A stretch of DNA of 64,000 nt, from NCBI GenBank assembly GCA_947632455.1, contig CANRPK010000004.1, forward strand, positions 3,542 to 67,541, read 5' to 3'. The position numbers were made by a program, and so were the translations under genes. The notes under the pieces are model-generated. The model was not told the origin of the DNA, searched no databases, and saw only the letters and a program-made list of their open reading frames with translations. The stretch comes from an uncultured Bacilli bacterium (GTDB lineage Bacteria; Bacillota_I; Bacilli_A; RF39; UBA660). Shown piece after piece: positions 8,692 to 17,201 of this stretch; the first letter of the stretch is position 1; each line of letters opens with the position of its first letter.

Positions 8692-10548
8692 ATGTATGAT
8701 TTAATTGTTGTCGGTGGTGGTCATGCTGGATGTGAAGCTGCCCATATAGGCGCAGTCTTAGGCCTAAAAACTGCCTTAGTCACAGCTAATATTAAAAATA
8801 TTGCCGATATGCCATGTAATCCCTCTATTGGAGGTACTGCTAAAGGTATAATTGTAAGAGAAATAGATGCTTTAGGTGGTCTAATGGGAATAGTCGCGGA
8901 TAAATCCCATTTTCAAATTAAAATGTTAAATAATGGAAAAGGCCCCGCTGTCCGTAGTCTTAGAGCTCAAGCTGATAAAATAACTTATCCTAAAAATATG
9001 TTAGCGGCCTTAAAAAATACTTCTAACTTAGAAATTATTGAAAGTATGGTTGAGGACTTAATCGTTGATAATTCTCAAGTAAAGGGTATTATTCTAAGTG
9101 ATGGCACTAAAATATCTTCAAAAGCTGTTATTTTAACTACCGGTACTTATTTAAAAGGCAATATTTTAATAGGTTCCCAAAATACTCCGGGTGGACCGCA
9201 TGGAGAAGCCAGAAGTAATTATTTAAGTGATAATTTAAAAAAATATGGCTTAAGTATTCAAAGATTAAAAACCGGAACTCCCCCTCGCATTAAAGCATCA
9301 TCTATTGATTTTTCTGTAATGCAAGAAGAATTAGGCGATGATACTTATCATACTTTTTCTTTTGATACTGAGCCTTTATATGAAATAAATAAGCAACAAA
9401 AATGTTATTTACTATATACTAATGAACAAACTCATCAAATAATTAGAGATAATTTGTCTAAATCAGCCATGTATGGCGGCTATGTTACTGGAGTAGGTCC
9501 TAGATATTGTCCATCTATTGAAGATAAAATCGTCAGATTTGCTGATAAAAAACGTCATCAATTATTCTTAGAACCAGAAAGTATTTATTATGATGAATGG
9601 TATCTTCAAGGCTTTTCTACTTCTATGCCTATAGATATTCAAGAAAAAATGGTTCATTCCTTACCGGGATTAGAAAATGCCGAAATTACTAAATATGCTT
9701 ACGCTATTGAATATGATGCCATTGATCCTTTACAAATGAAACCATCTCTAGAAAATAAAGTTATTGCTAATTTATTTACTGCTGGTCAAATAAATGGTAC
9801 AAGTGGCTATGAAGAAGCCGCCGCTCAAGGTTTAATCGCTGGCATAAATGCTCATCATAAAATAAAAAATATTGAGCCATTAATCTTAAAAAGAAATGAA
9901 GCTTATATTGGTGTTTTAATCGATGATTTAGTCACTAAAGGAACAGCCGAACCATATCGTATGCTTACTTCTCGTGCTGAATTTAGATTAATTTTAAGAC
10001 ATGATAATGCTGATTTACGTTTAAGAAAAATTGGCTATGAAAATGGTACGATTGATGATATAAGATATCAAAAATTATTGTTAAAAGAAAATCAAATAAA
10101 TGAATTAAAAAATATTTTAAGAAACACTAATTTAAGTCTTAATCCTAAAACCGAGGAAATATTTAAAAAATATGCTATAGCTATACCAAAATCCAGTATT
10201 TCTCTTTATTTACTTTTAAAAAGACCAGAAATAACTATTGATTTTCTAAAAGAAATAATTCCTTTAGATTATGAACCAAGTATTTTAGAAGAAGTAGAAA
10301 TTGAAATAAAATATGAAGGTTATATAGCTAAATCATATAAAGAAGCTGAAAAAATGCTTAAATTAGAAGAAAAATTAATTCCTGAAGATCTAAACTATCA
10401 AGATGTAATTAACCTCGCTAGTGAAGCCCGTCAAAAATTAGAAAAAATTCGTCCTAAATCTATCGGCCAAGCTGCTAGAATAAGTGGAGTTAATCCATCT
10501 GATATTGCTATCTTATCAGTTTATTTAAAAAGAAAATATAATAAATAA
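8692..10548 (+). CDS. mnmG: tRNA uridine 5-carboxymethylaminomethyl modification enzyme MnmG (GidA)
   Basis: YDLIVVGGGHAGCEAA FAD motif, GPRYCPSIEDK, TSRAEFRLILR. GAAGGTGA SD before the ATG at 8692. Confidence 0.95.
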   Translation: MYDLIVVGGGHAGCEAAHIGAVLGLKTALVTANIKNIADMPCNPSIGGTAKGIIVREIDALGGLMGIVADKSHFQIKMLNNGKGPAVRSLRAQADKITYPKNMLAALKNTSNLEIIESMVEDLIVDNSQVKGIILSDGTKISSKAVILTTGTYLKGNILIGSQNTPGGPHGEARSNYLSDNLKKYGLSIQRLKTGTPPRIKASSIDFSVMQEELGDDTYHTFSFDTEPLYEINKQQKCYLLYTNEQTHQIIRDNLSKSAMYGGYVTGVGPRYCPSIEDKIVRFADKKRHQLFLEPESIYYDEWYLQGFSTSMPIDIQEKMVHSLPGLENAEITKYAYAIEYDAIDPLQMKPSLENKVIANLFTAGQINGTSGYEEAAAQGLIAGINAHHKIKNIEPLILKRNEAYIGVLIDDLVTKGTAEPYRMLTSRAEFRLILRHDNADLRLRKIGYENGTIDDIRYQKLLLKENQINELKNILRNTNLSLNPKTEEIFKKYAIAIPKSSISLYLLLKRPEITIDFLKEIIPLDYEPSILEEVEIEIKYEGYIAKSYKEAEKMLKLEEKLIPEDLNYQDVINLASEARQKLEKIRPKSIGQAARISGVNPSDIAILSVYLKRKYNK

Positions 10549-10566
10549 ATCTTAAAGGAGCGTTTA

Positions 10567-11271
10567 ATGAATATAGAAACTCTTATAAAAGAATTAGAAA
10601 AATTAAATATTAATTTAAATTCTAAACAAATAAATCAGTTAATTAAATATAAAGAAATGCTTCAAGAATATAATCAAAAATTTAATTTAACCGCCTTAAT
10701 TACGGATGAAGATATTTATTTAAAACATTTCTATGATTCTTTAACTTTAGCTAAAGCTTTTAACTTTGATCAAGAACTAAAACTTTTAGATCTTGGCACA
10801 GGCGCAGGTTTTCCAGGCTTGGTTTTAAAAATAGCTTTCCCTAAGTTAAATATTACCCTATTAGATTCTAATAATAAAAAAATAGAATTTTTAAAAACTG
10901 TAATAAATACTTTAGAACTAACTAATATTAATTGCCTTAATAAAAGAATAGAAGACTTACCAACAAGTTATAAAGAAACTTATGATATTATCACTTCTAG
11001 AGCCGTTGCAACCTTACCAGTATTATTAGAATTAGCCATTCCCTATTTAAGAATAAATGGTTATTTTCTTCCTATGAAAAGTAATATTAAAGAAGAATTA
11101 TCTCTTAGTAAAAATGCTTTAAATATTCTAAATAGTAAAGTAGAGACTTTAATTGAATTTAATCTTCCTCTTGAAAATTCTTATCGTACTATTATAAAAA
11201 TTAAAAAAGAAGCCCAAACTTCTTCTAAATATCCTCGCCCCTATAATCAAATAATTAAAAAAACATTATAG
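10567..11271 (+). CDS. rsmG: 16S rRNA (guanine527-N7)-methyltransferase RsmG
   Basis: NLTALITDEDIYLKHFYDSL, LLDLGTGAGFPGLVLKI (SAM motif); follows mnmG. Confidence 0.9.
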   Translation: MNIETLIKELEKLNINLNSKQINQLIKYKEMLQEYNQKFNLTALITDEDIYLKHFYDSLTLAKAFNFDQELKLLDLGTGAGFPGLVLKIAFPKLNITLLDSNNKKIEFLKTVINTLELTNINCLNKRIEDLPTSYKETYDIITSRAVATLPVLLELAIPYLRINGYFLPMKSNIKEELSLSKNALNILNSKVETLIEFNLPLENSYRTIIKIKKEAQTSSKYPRPYNQIIKKTL

Positions 11272-11310
11272 TACTTAGTATATAAATAATTAAATATAAT
11301 ATATACTAAT

Positions 11311-12060
11311 ATGAAAAAAATAATATTTCTAACTATAATGTTTTTTTATTTTACTTCTAATACTTTAAATGATAATTTAAATATCAATCAAGTAAATCAA
11401 GAATTAATAACTGATATGGAAAATACATATAACATAAAGATAAATAATGCTTCTAAAGAATTTCCTAATTTTAAAATTACTAAAGATAATAATGTTTACC
11501 AAATAAATAATGCTTTACAAATAATTTCTAAAATCTTATCTAAATTTAATAAAGAATTTTTTAATACTTTTTATAAATATAATTATAATGGTCTAAATAT
11601 TTATTTAACAAATAATATAGTATCCGAAGATCAAATAACTCCTAGTGGTTTATCTTTAGATTATCAAAAAAATTATATATTAGCATTAAATATTAATGCA
11701 TCATCTTTAGAAAAAGTATTTTGCCATGAACTTATGCATCATATTGAATTTAATATGCAAAAAGAAAGTGAACCATTTCCTCTTTGGAATACTTATAATC
11801 CTCCCAATTTTTATTATAATTATTCCTATACTAAAGATTATATTTTTAATTATACATTAAATGATCCCCAAAAAAATATTTATTTTATAGATTATTATGC
11901 CCATACTTATCCTGAAGAAGATCGTGCACGAATTTTTGAAAATATCTGTGCTTATCAAACTAATTTAAGTTATTATCCCCATATATATCAAAAAGCCTTA
12001 TATTTACAAAAAGAAATATTAAATATTTATCCTAGCCTTAGTTCTTTATTTAAATTGTAA
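11311..12060 (+). CDS. Secreted putative zinc metallopeptidase (HExxH)
   Basis: N-terminal signal-like MKKIIFLTIMFFYFTS. FCHELMHHIEF contains HExxH. It occupies the slot where noc/soj usually sits. Confidence 0.5.
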   Translation: MKKIIFLTIMFFYFTSNTLNDNLNINQVNQELITDMENTYNIKINNASKEFPNFKITKDNNVYQINNALQIISKILSKFNKEFFNTFYKYNYNGLNIYLTNNIVSEDQITPSGLSLDYQKNYILALNINASSLEKVFCHELMHHIEFNMQKESEPFPLWNTYNPPNFYYNYSYTKDYIFNYTLNDPQKNIYFIDYYAHTYPEEDRARIFENICAYQTNLSYYPHIYQKALYLQKEILNIYPSLSSLFKL

Positions 12061-12086
12061 TTTTAAAAATAAAGATATATAAATAA

Positions 12087-12115
12087 TTGAAAATTTCTAA
12101 ATTAGTTGTTATAAT
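12087..12115 (+). promoter_or_regulatory. Extended -10 promoter upstream of parB
   Basis: TTGAAA (12087-12092), 17 nt, TGtTATAAT ending at 12115. Confidence 0.55.
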
Positions 12116-12147
12116 AATATATAAGTAAAAATAGGGGCTGATTAGTA

Positions 12148-13362
12148 ATGAATTTAGAACAAAATATTTTACAAATACCTATTGAGGATATAATCCCCAA
12201 TCGTTTTCAACCACGCCTAAATTTTGAAGATCGAGGCTTAGAAGAATTAGCTAACTCTATTAGGCAACATGGAATTATTCAACCTTTAGTTCTTCGCCGA
12301 GTTGGTGATAAATATGAAATTATTGCCGGTGAAAGAAGATATAAAGCCGCGACTTTAGCTGGATTACAAAAAGTTCCCGCTGTTATTGCGCAAATAGATG
12401 ATAATAAAAGTGCCGAAGTAGCAATCGTTGAAAATGTCCAAAGAAGAGACTTATCAGCCATTGAAGAGGCTAGAAGTTATAAAAATCTTTTAGATAAAGG
12501 TTATTTAACTCAAACAGAATTAGCTAAAAAAATGGGCTTATCGCAAAGTGCTATTGCAAATAAACTTCGGTTGTTAAACTTAGATGAAAGTGTTCAAGAA
12601 GCTTTACTAAATAATGAAATAAGTGAACGTCATGCTAGATCTTTGCTAGTTCTACCTACTCATGAACAACAAAAAGAATGGCTAGATAAAATTATTAAAG
12701 AACGTTTAACTGTAAGGGAACTAGATGATGCTATTAAAAATCTTAATACTAGTGAAGAACCAGCCTCTGAAGAAACTGATATCCCTCTAGTTAAACCTTT
12801 AGATATTGAAGCTATAAGACAAAGTGCTACCGAATTACCAAATGTTAATGAAGATAGTGAAATAGCACGGAAAATAAAAGAGATTGAAAGAGAAAAAATG
12901 TATAATCCTGATGTCATACCTATCGATCAAACATCTAATGATTCTAAAGGTAATTTCTTCAACTTCTTAGAAAATGAAACTGTAAACATGAATACTGAAG
13001 AACAAACTATTAATCCTGAAGATCTAAACTTAGATTTAATTCCTAACTTAAATAATGCCGAACCAATAAATAAAGTGGAAAATATAGCTCCACCAACTCC
13101 AGGATTTTTTAATCCTGAACCAGCCCCAGAAATGCCTGAACAACTTGATACTAAAGATTTTGATCCTGTTAATTTAATAGATACTTTAGATCCAAACTTT
13201 GAAAATAAAATAGAACAAAAATTAGGTATAGATTTAAAAACTGCAATAAATACTATTCGCGATACTAAAACAACTCTAGAAAATAAAGGCTTTAATATTT
13301 CCTTAGAAGAAACAGATTTAAATGATATATATCAATTTATTATAAAAATTAAGAAAGACTAA
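12148..13362 (+). CDS. parB: ParB/Spo0J-family partition protein with a long acidic/Pro/Asn-rich C-terminal extension
   Basis: IIPNRFQPR, QPLVLRR, IIAGERRYKAA (ParB arginine patch), HTH LTQTELAKKMGLSQSAIANKLRLL. The protein is 404 aa, about 120 aa longer than typical, with a low-complexity tail. Confidence 0.85.
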   Translation: MNLEQNILQIPIEDIIPNRFQPRLNFEDRGLEELANSIRQHGIIQPLVLRRVGDKYEIIAGERRYKAATLAGLQKVPAVIAQIDDNKSAEVAIVENVQRRDLSAIEEARSYKNLLDKGYLTQTELAKKMGLSQSAIANKLRLLNLDESVQEALLNNEISERHARSLLVLPTHEQQKEWLDKIIKERLTVRELDDAIKNLNTSEEPASEETDIPLVKPLDIEAIRQSATELPNVNEDSEIARKIKEIEREKMYNPDVIPIDQTSNDSKGNFFNFLENETVNMNTEEQTINPEDLNLDLIPNLNNAEPINKVENIAPPTPGFFNPEPAPEMPEQLDTKDFDPVNLIDTLDPNFENKIEQKLGIDLKTAINTIRDTKTTLENKGFNISLEETDLNDIYQFIIKIKKD

Positions 13363-13393
13363 CTACCATATAGCTAGTTTTTTTAACTAGTAT

Positions 13394-13421
13394 TTGACAA
13401 ATATTTTTAATATGTTATAAT
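13394..13421 (+). promoter_or_regulatory. Promoter of the TetR-family gene
   Basis: TTGACA (13394-13399), 16 nt, TGtTATAAT ending at 13421. Confidence 0.6.
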
Positions 13422-13461
13422 TTAAATAACAATAGTTACCAATTATAAAGGGAGTGAAATA

Positions 13462-14025
13462 ATGGCTGGCCGAAGTATAATAGATAAAGAAACTTTGTTA
13501 AAAGCAGCAATAGAAATGGTCGAAAACGAAGGCGTTGAAAGTATAAATGCTAGATCTTTGGCTACACATGCCGGAATTTCTACCAAACCAATATATCGCT
13601 TATATACTAGTCTAGATGATTTAAAACATGATGTTAATGAAATAATTAAAAAAGAATATAATGAATTTATAATGAGAAGAGTAGATACTAAAAATGCATT
13701 AATTACTTTATGTGTTGCCTATATAGAATTTGCTCAAATGCATAAAAATTATTTTAGATCAATGTTTCTATCTAATAACCTAAAATGGAAAAGTATTGAT
13801 GATGTTTTAAATGAAAAATGGAACCAAGGTGCTATAATAAATTTAGTAAATAAACATAATTTAAGTTTTGAAGAAGCTAAAGCTTTATTTATGAATGTTT
13901 GGCTATACGCAAATGGCTTAGCTACATTAATTGCCTCTAATGAACTTACGATTGATAATAAAGAAATACTTGTTAGAATAGTAAAAATATTTAAAGAATT
14001 TTCCAAAAATAAAATAACAAATTAA
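13462..14025 (+). CDS. TetR/AcrR-family transcriptional regulator
   Basis: N-terminal HTH LLKAAIEMVENEGVESINARSLATHAGISTKPIYRLY, ~190 aa. Confidence 0.8.
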   Translation: MAGRSIIDKETLLKAAIEMVENEGVESINARSLATHAGISTKPIYRLYTSLDDLKHDVNEIIKKEYNEFIMRRVDTKNALITLCVAYIEFAQMHKNYFRSMFLSNNLKWKSIDDVLNEKWNQGAIINLVNKHNLSFEEAKALFMNVWLYANGLATLIASNELTIDNKEILVRIVKIFKEFSKNKITN

Positions 14026-14033
14026 AAGTACTA

Positions 14034-14318
14034 TTATCTTATATATAATGGTACTTTTTGATTGACATCAATTATATTATAATTATTATCTAAAATAAAA
14101 TGATAATAATTATTTTTATTCTTAATATATATATTATAATTATTATTATTGTATATAACTTTTAAATATTTAATTTTATCTTCAGTATTTAAATAATTAC
14201 TAATAGTATTTTTAGTATCTTTTTCAATTATTTTATTAACTAATTTATAACAAAAAAGATTATAAAAAAGTAAAGATAAAACAATTATAAATATAACCAT
14301 TAAATTTTTAGCTTTCAT
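14034..14318 (-). CDS. Small membrane-anchored N/Y/I-rich hypothetical protein
   Basis: 94-aa ORF with an N-terminal TM helix (LMVIFIIVLSLLFYNLF); the rest is low-complexity. Confidence 0.4.
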   Translation of the reverse strand: MKAKNLMVIFIIVLSLLFYNLFCYKLVNKIIEKDTKNTISNYLNTEDKIKYLKVIYNNNNYNIYIKNKNNYYHFILDNNYNIIDVNQKVPLYIR

Positions 14319-14358
14319 ATTATCACTCTATTTAATTCTATCATATTTTATCTTAATT

Positions 14359-14817
14359 TTAAATATTTAAATATTTGGGTTCATTAGTTCTCCCAAGTAA
14401 ATAATCCGCGGATATATTGTATTTCTTACATATTGTATATAAAAATGGTGTAGCAATTAAAGTTCTGCCTCTTTCATAATTAGCAATAACTGATCTATTA
14501 GTATTTAAATCACTAGCTAATACATCCTGAGTAAGTTTATTTTCTTTTCTAAAATTTTTTAATTTTTCCCCAGCTAAAACATTATTAGTATTGGAAAAAT
14601 AATTATCATATATAACTTGATTAGTAAAAGAAAAAATATAGTCTAAAGAAACATTAAAATATTCACTTATAGTTATTAAATGTTTTAAAGGTATTATCGT
14701 ATACTCAATTTCATATTGACTATATAATCCTCTTTTTATATTTAAAATATTAGCAACTTGTTCCTGAGTTAAACCATTTTCTTCCCTTAACTCTCTAATT
14801 TTATCACCATATAACAT
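14359..14817 (-). CDS. Tandem double-HTH XRE-family regulator, cassette B
   Basis: Two HTH_XRE-like modules: YGDKIRELREENGLTQEQVANIL... and AGEKLKNFRKENKLTQDVLASDL...ICKKYNISADYLLGR. GGTGA SD 7 nt before the ATG at 14817. The longer ORF to 14874 lacks paralog support. Confidence 0.85.
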   Translation of the reverse strand: MLYGDKIRELREENGLTQEQVANILNIKRGLYSQYEIEYTIIPLKHLITISEYFNVSLDYIFSFTNQVIYDNYFSNTNNVLAGEKLKNFRKENKLTQDVLASDLNTNRSVIANYERGRTLIATPFLYTICKKYNISADYLLGRTNEPKYLNI

Positions 14818-14892
14818 GTAATTGTCACCAAAAATAATTTTCTCATATAAGCAAATGTTTTTAAAAAAATGCATGAAATAGAAACGTTTTTC

Positions 14893-14947
14893 TTGACTTT
14901 AATAATATCAAAGTATATAATTTAAATATAAATTAGGAATTTCTAAT
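14893..14947 (+). promoter_or_regulatory. Cassette B promoter plus palindromic operator candidate
   Basis: TTGACT (14893-98), 17 nt, TATAAT (14916-21), then the 16-bp near-palindrome ATTAGGAATTTCTAAT (14932-47). The block is conserved in cassettes B, C, D, F and G. Confidence 0.75.
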
Positions 14948-14977
14948 AATATTGATAATGGAAAGGGAATAAGAGCA

Positions 14978-16501
14978 ATGAAATTAGAAAAGTTGGAGGA
15001 TAATACCTCCAAAGTAAAGGGAGTAATAATAGGGATATTACTAACTATTTTGTTAGTAATATTAATAAACTATATAACAAGTTTAGCAAGATATCGAAAC
15101 ACAGAAAGTATAGAATTAGCAAGTGGCAATATAAGCTATAATAAAGCTGATTTAAATATAATCGCCATGTATCAGGAAAAAGATGATTATGTAAGTGAAG
15201 ATGATAAATATACTAATATAAACAAAATACCAACGACTGGATATAAGCTAAGTTCACAAAGTTATTGTGAAGTAGGAAATCAAAAAGTAGAAGAAGCCGA
15301 AATAACATATGATGGACAATATATAGGAGTAAACAAATTAAGCGAAAAAGGAACAAAGTGTTATATATACTTTGATAGTATGGCAAGAGAAATGTTAGCG
15401 AAACTAGAAACATCCAAAGAAAGTAAATATACCATAGATGCCATGCCAAATCCGATAACTGGACAATATAATGCAGAAACAGAAAATCCAGATGGAAAAG
15501 AGAAATTATACACTAGTCCAGATAATTATGGAACAAGTTATGTATTTAGAGGAAACAATGATGATGTAAATAATTGGGTAAGTTTTGCTAGTCATACATG
15601 GCGAATAATCAGAATAAATGGAGATGGCACACTAAGGTTGATTTATCAATGTGCAACACCGAATTGTCAAACAACTGAAGGAGAAGAAACTCAAATAGGA
15701 AAAAGTGCATATAAATCAGCACCATATGATGATAACACTTATGTAGGATATTATTATGGAACAGCCCACACAGAAGAAAAACCAAATCCAACTTACGAGG
15801 AAACACACTCAAATTTAAAGCCCAGTACAATAGCTCAAGCTATTAATGATTGGTATAACGAAACAGGAGCAATGGGTGATTACACAGATTATCTAGATGG
15901 AAGTACAGGATTTTGCAACGATCGAGTAGTAGTAAAAGGAAATGCAAATGGACATGAAGGAAACGGAACTGGCCAATCAACAAGCGGATATGCGCCAGGA
16001 TCAAGAATAATGGTAAAAGGAGGATGGAGAAAAAATCAATATCCAACGTTAAAATGTGGAGTAGAAATGCCTGAAACAAATCCTTCAGAAGAAGATGCGT
16101 CAATAAGCTATTCAAATTTTGCCATTAATGAAAAAAATGTTAAAAGAGATTTATTCACAACCGAAGGTTCAAACCATGGAAATGGCGTCCTTTCAGTTCC
16201 AGCAGCCTTAATAACAAGCGATGAAGTAGTCATGGCCGGAGGATTTGGAGGTACTATTGGAACGGATTATTGGTTATATGTAAACCAATATTACTGGACA
16301 ATGTCCCCACTTAGCTATCCCGAGAGTGAAGAAAAGGCATTTATATTCATTGCGTATGTAAATGGCTTACTAAGTAGTGCTTGGGGTGTGAATTTTAGTG
16401 CTCCTACAGTGCGCCCAGTAATCAATCTAAACGCTGATATAGAGTTCACAGGAGGAAATGGTAAATCTGGTAGTCCATTTATAGTAAAAACAAACATATA
16501 A
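14978..16501 (+). CDS. Paralog B of the ~500-aa membrane-anchored/secreted protein family
   Basis: 507 aa with one N-terminal TM helix (VIIGILLTILLVILINYI), SLARYRNTESIELASGN, conserved Cys and the family blocks. GGAAAGGGAA SD. Confidence 0.9.
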   Translation: MKLEKLEDNTSKVKGVIIGILLTILLVILINYITSLARYRNTESIELASGNISYNKADLNIIAMYQEKDDYVSEDDKYTNINKIPTTGYKLSSQSYCEVGNQKVEEAEITYDGQYIGVNKLSEKGTKCYIYFDSMAREMLAKLETSKESKYTIDAMPNPITGQYNAETENPDGKEKLYTSPDNYGTSYVFRGNNDDVNNWVSFASHTWRIIRINGDGTLRLIYQCATPNCQTTEGEETQIGKSAYKSAPYDDNTYVGYYYGTAHTEEKPNPTYEETHSNLKPSTIAQAINDWYNETGAMGDYTDYLDGSTGFCNDRVVVKGNANGHEGNGTGQSTSGYAPGSRIMVKGGWRKNQYPTLKCGVEMPETNPSEEDASISYSNFAINEKNVKRDLFTTEGSNHGNGVLSVPAALITSDEVVMAGGFGGTIGTDYWLYVNQYYWTMSPLSYPESEEKAFIFIAYVNGLLSSAWGVNFSAPTVRPVINLNADIEFTGGNGKSGSPFIVKTNI

Positions 16502-16505
16502 AAAA

Positions 16506-16545
16506 CTTGCCTATGCGTCTTCTTCTTATTCTAAGCATAGGCAAG
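16506..16545 (+). repeat. Family 3' stem-loop, copy B (stem CTTGCCTATGC / GCATAGGCAAG, loop GTCTTCTTCTTATTCTAA)
   Basis: 11-bp perfect inverted repeat 5 nt after the stop codon. Confidence 0.8.
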
Positions 16546-16559
16546 ATATATTTATCAAT

Positions 16560-16585
16560 GATAGGAACAGATCCTATCTTTTTTT
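16560..16585. terminator. Terminator shared by convergent paralog B and regulator C
   Basis: GATAGGA-acag-ATCCTATC followed by a T-run; it abuts the stop of the minus-strand regulator. Confidence 0.7.
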
Positions 16586-17042
16586 ATTTATTTAAATATT
16601 TAGGTTCATCAATTCTGCCTAATAAGTAATCGGCAGAAATATTATACTTTTTACATATTGTATATAAAGTATGAGTAGCTATTAAAAAATCTCCACGTTC
16701 GTATTTAGATATAATTGTATTAACAACATTTAAAATATTTGCTAATTCCTTTTGTGACATCTTATATTCTTTTCGAAATTCTTTCAATCGTTGTCCAACT
16801 ATATTTTTATCAATAATTTTATTTATATTTTTATAAGATTTTTTCTTTGTAAAACTAAAAACGTAATCTAATGAAATATTAAAATAATCACATACATCAA
16901 TAAGGTGTTTTAAAGGCATTATATAATACTCTCTTTCATATTGCCCATATACATCAATATTTAAACCAAGCAGCTTAGACATAGAACGTTGAGTGACACC
17001 AAAATCTTCTCTAATAGCTTCGAGTTTATCTTTATATATCAT
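16584..17042 (-). CDS. Tandem double-HTH XRE-family regulator, cassette C
   Basis: MIYKDKLEAIREDFGVTQRSMSKLL... plus VGQRLKEFRKEYKMSQKELANIL...ICKKYNISADYLLGRIDEPKYL. AGGTGA SD. Confidence 0.85.
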   Translation of the reverse strand: MIYKDKLEAIREDFGVTQRSMSKLLGLNIDVYGQYEREYYIMPLKHLIDVCDYFNISLDYVFSFTKKKSYKNINKIIDKNIVGQRLKEFRKEYKMSQKELANILNVVNTIISKYERGDFLIATHTLYTICKKYNISADYLLGRIDEPKYLNK

Positions 17043-17116
17043 TAATAATCACCTAAAATAATTTTCGCATACAAAATAAACCAAAAATATAAAACGAGAA
17101 AATATTAGAATTTTTC

Positions 17117-17171
17117 TTGACTTTAATAATACCAAAGTATATAATTTAAATATAAATTAGGAATTTCTAAT
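17117..17171 (+). promoter_or_regulatory. Cassette C promoter plus palindromic operator candidate
   Basis: TTGACT (17117-22), 17 nt, TATAAT (17140-45), ATTAGGAATTTCTAAT (17156-71). Confidence 0.75.
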
Positions 17172-17201
17172 AATATTGATAATGGAAAGGGAATAAGAGC
17201 A

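Noticed and set aside
7285-13362. An origin of replication (DnaA-box cluster) or parS site near mnmE-mnmG-rsmG-parB.
   Set aside because: Reading by eye I found no cluster of TTATCCACA-like boxes and no TGTTNCACGTGAAACA. The intergenic spacers here are short. This needs a computational scan of the full contig.
14818-14977. The repeated ~160-bp intergenic blocks considered as a CRISPR array or as IS/MITE ends.
   Set aside because: The copies are kilobases apart, not regularly spaced, and always sit between the same two gene types. They contain a promoter and an SD. I saw no terminal inverted repeats, target-site duplications or transposase/Cas genes.
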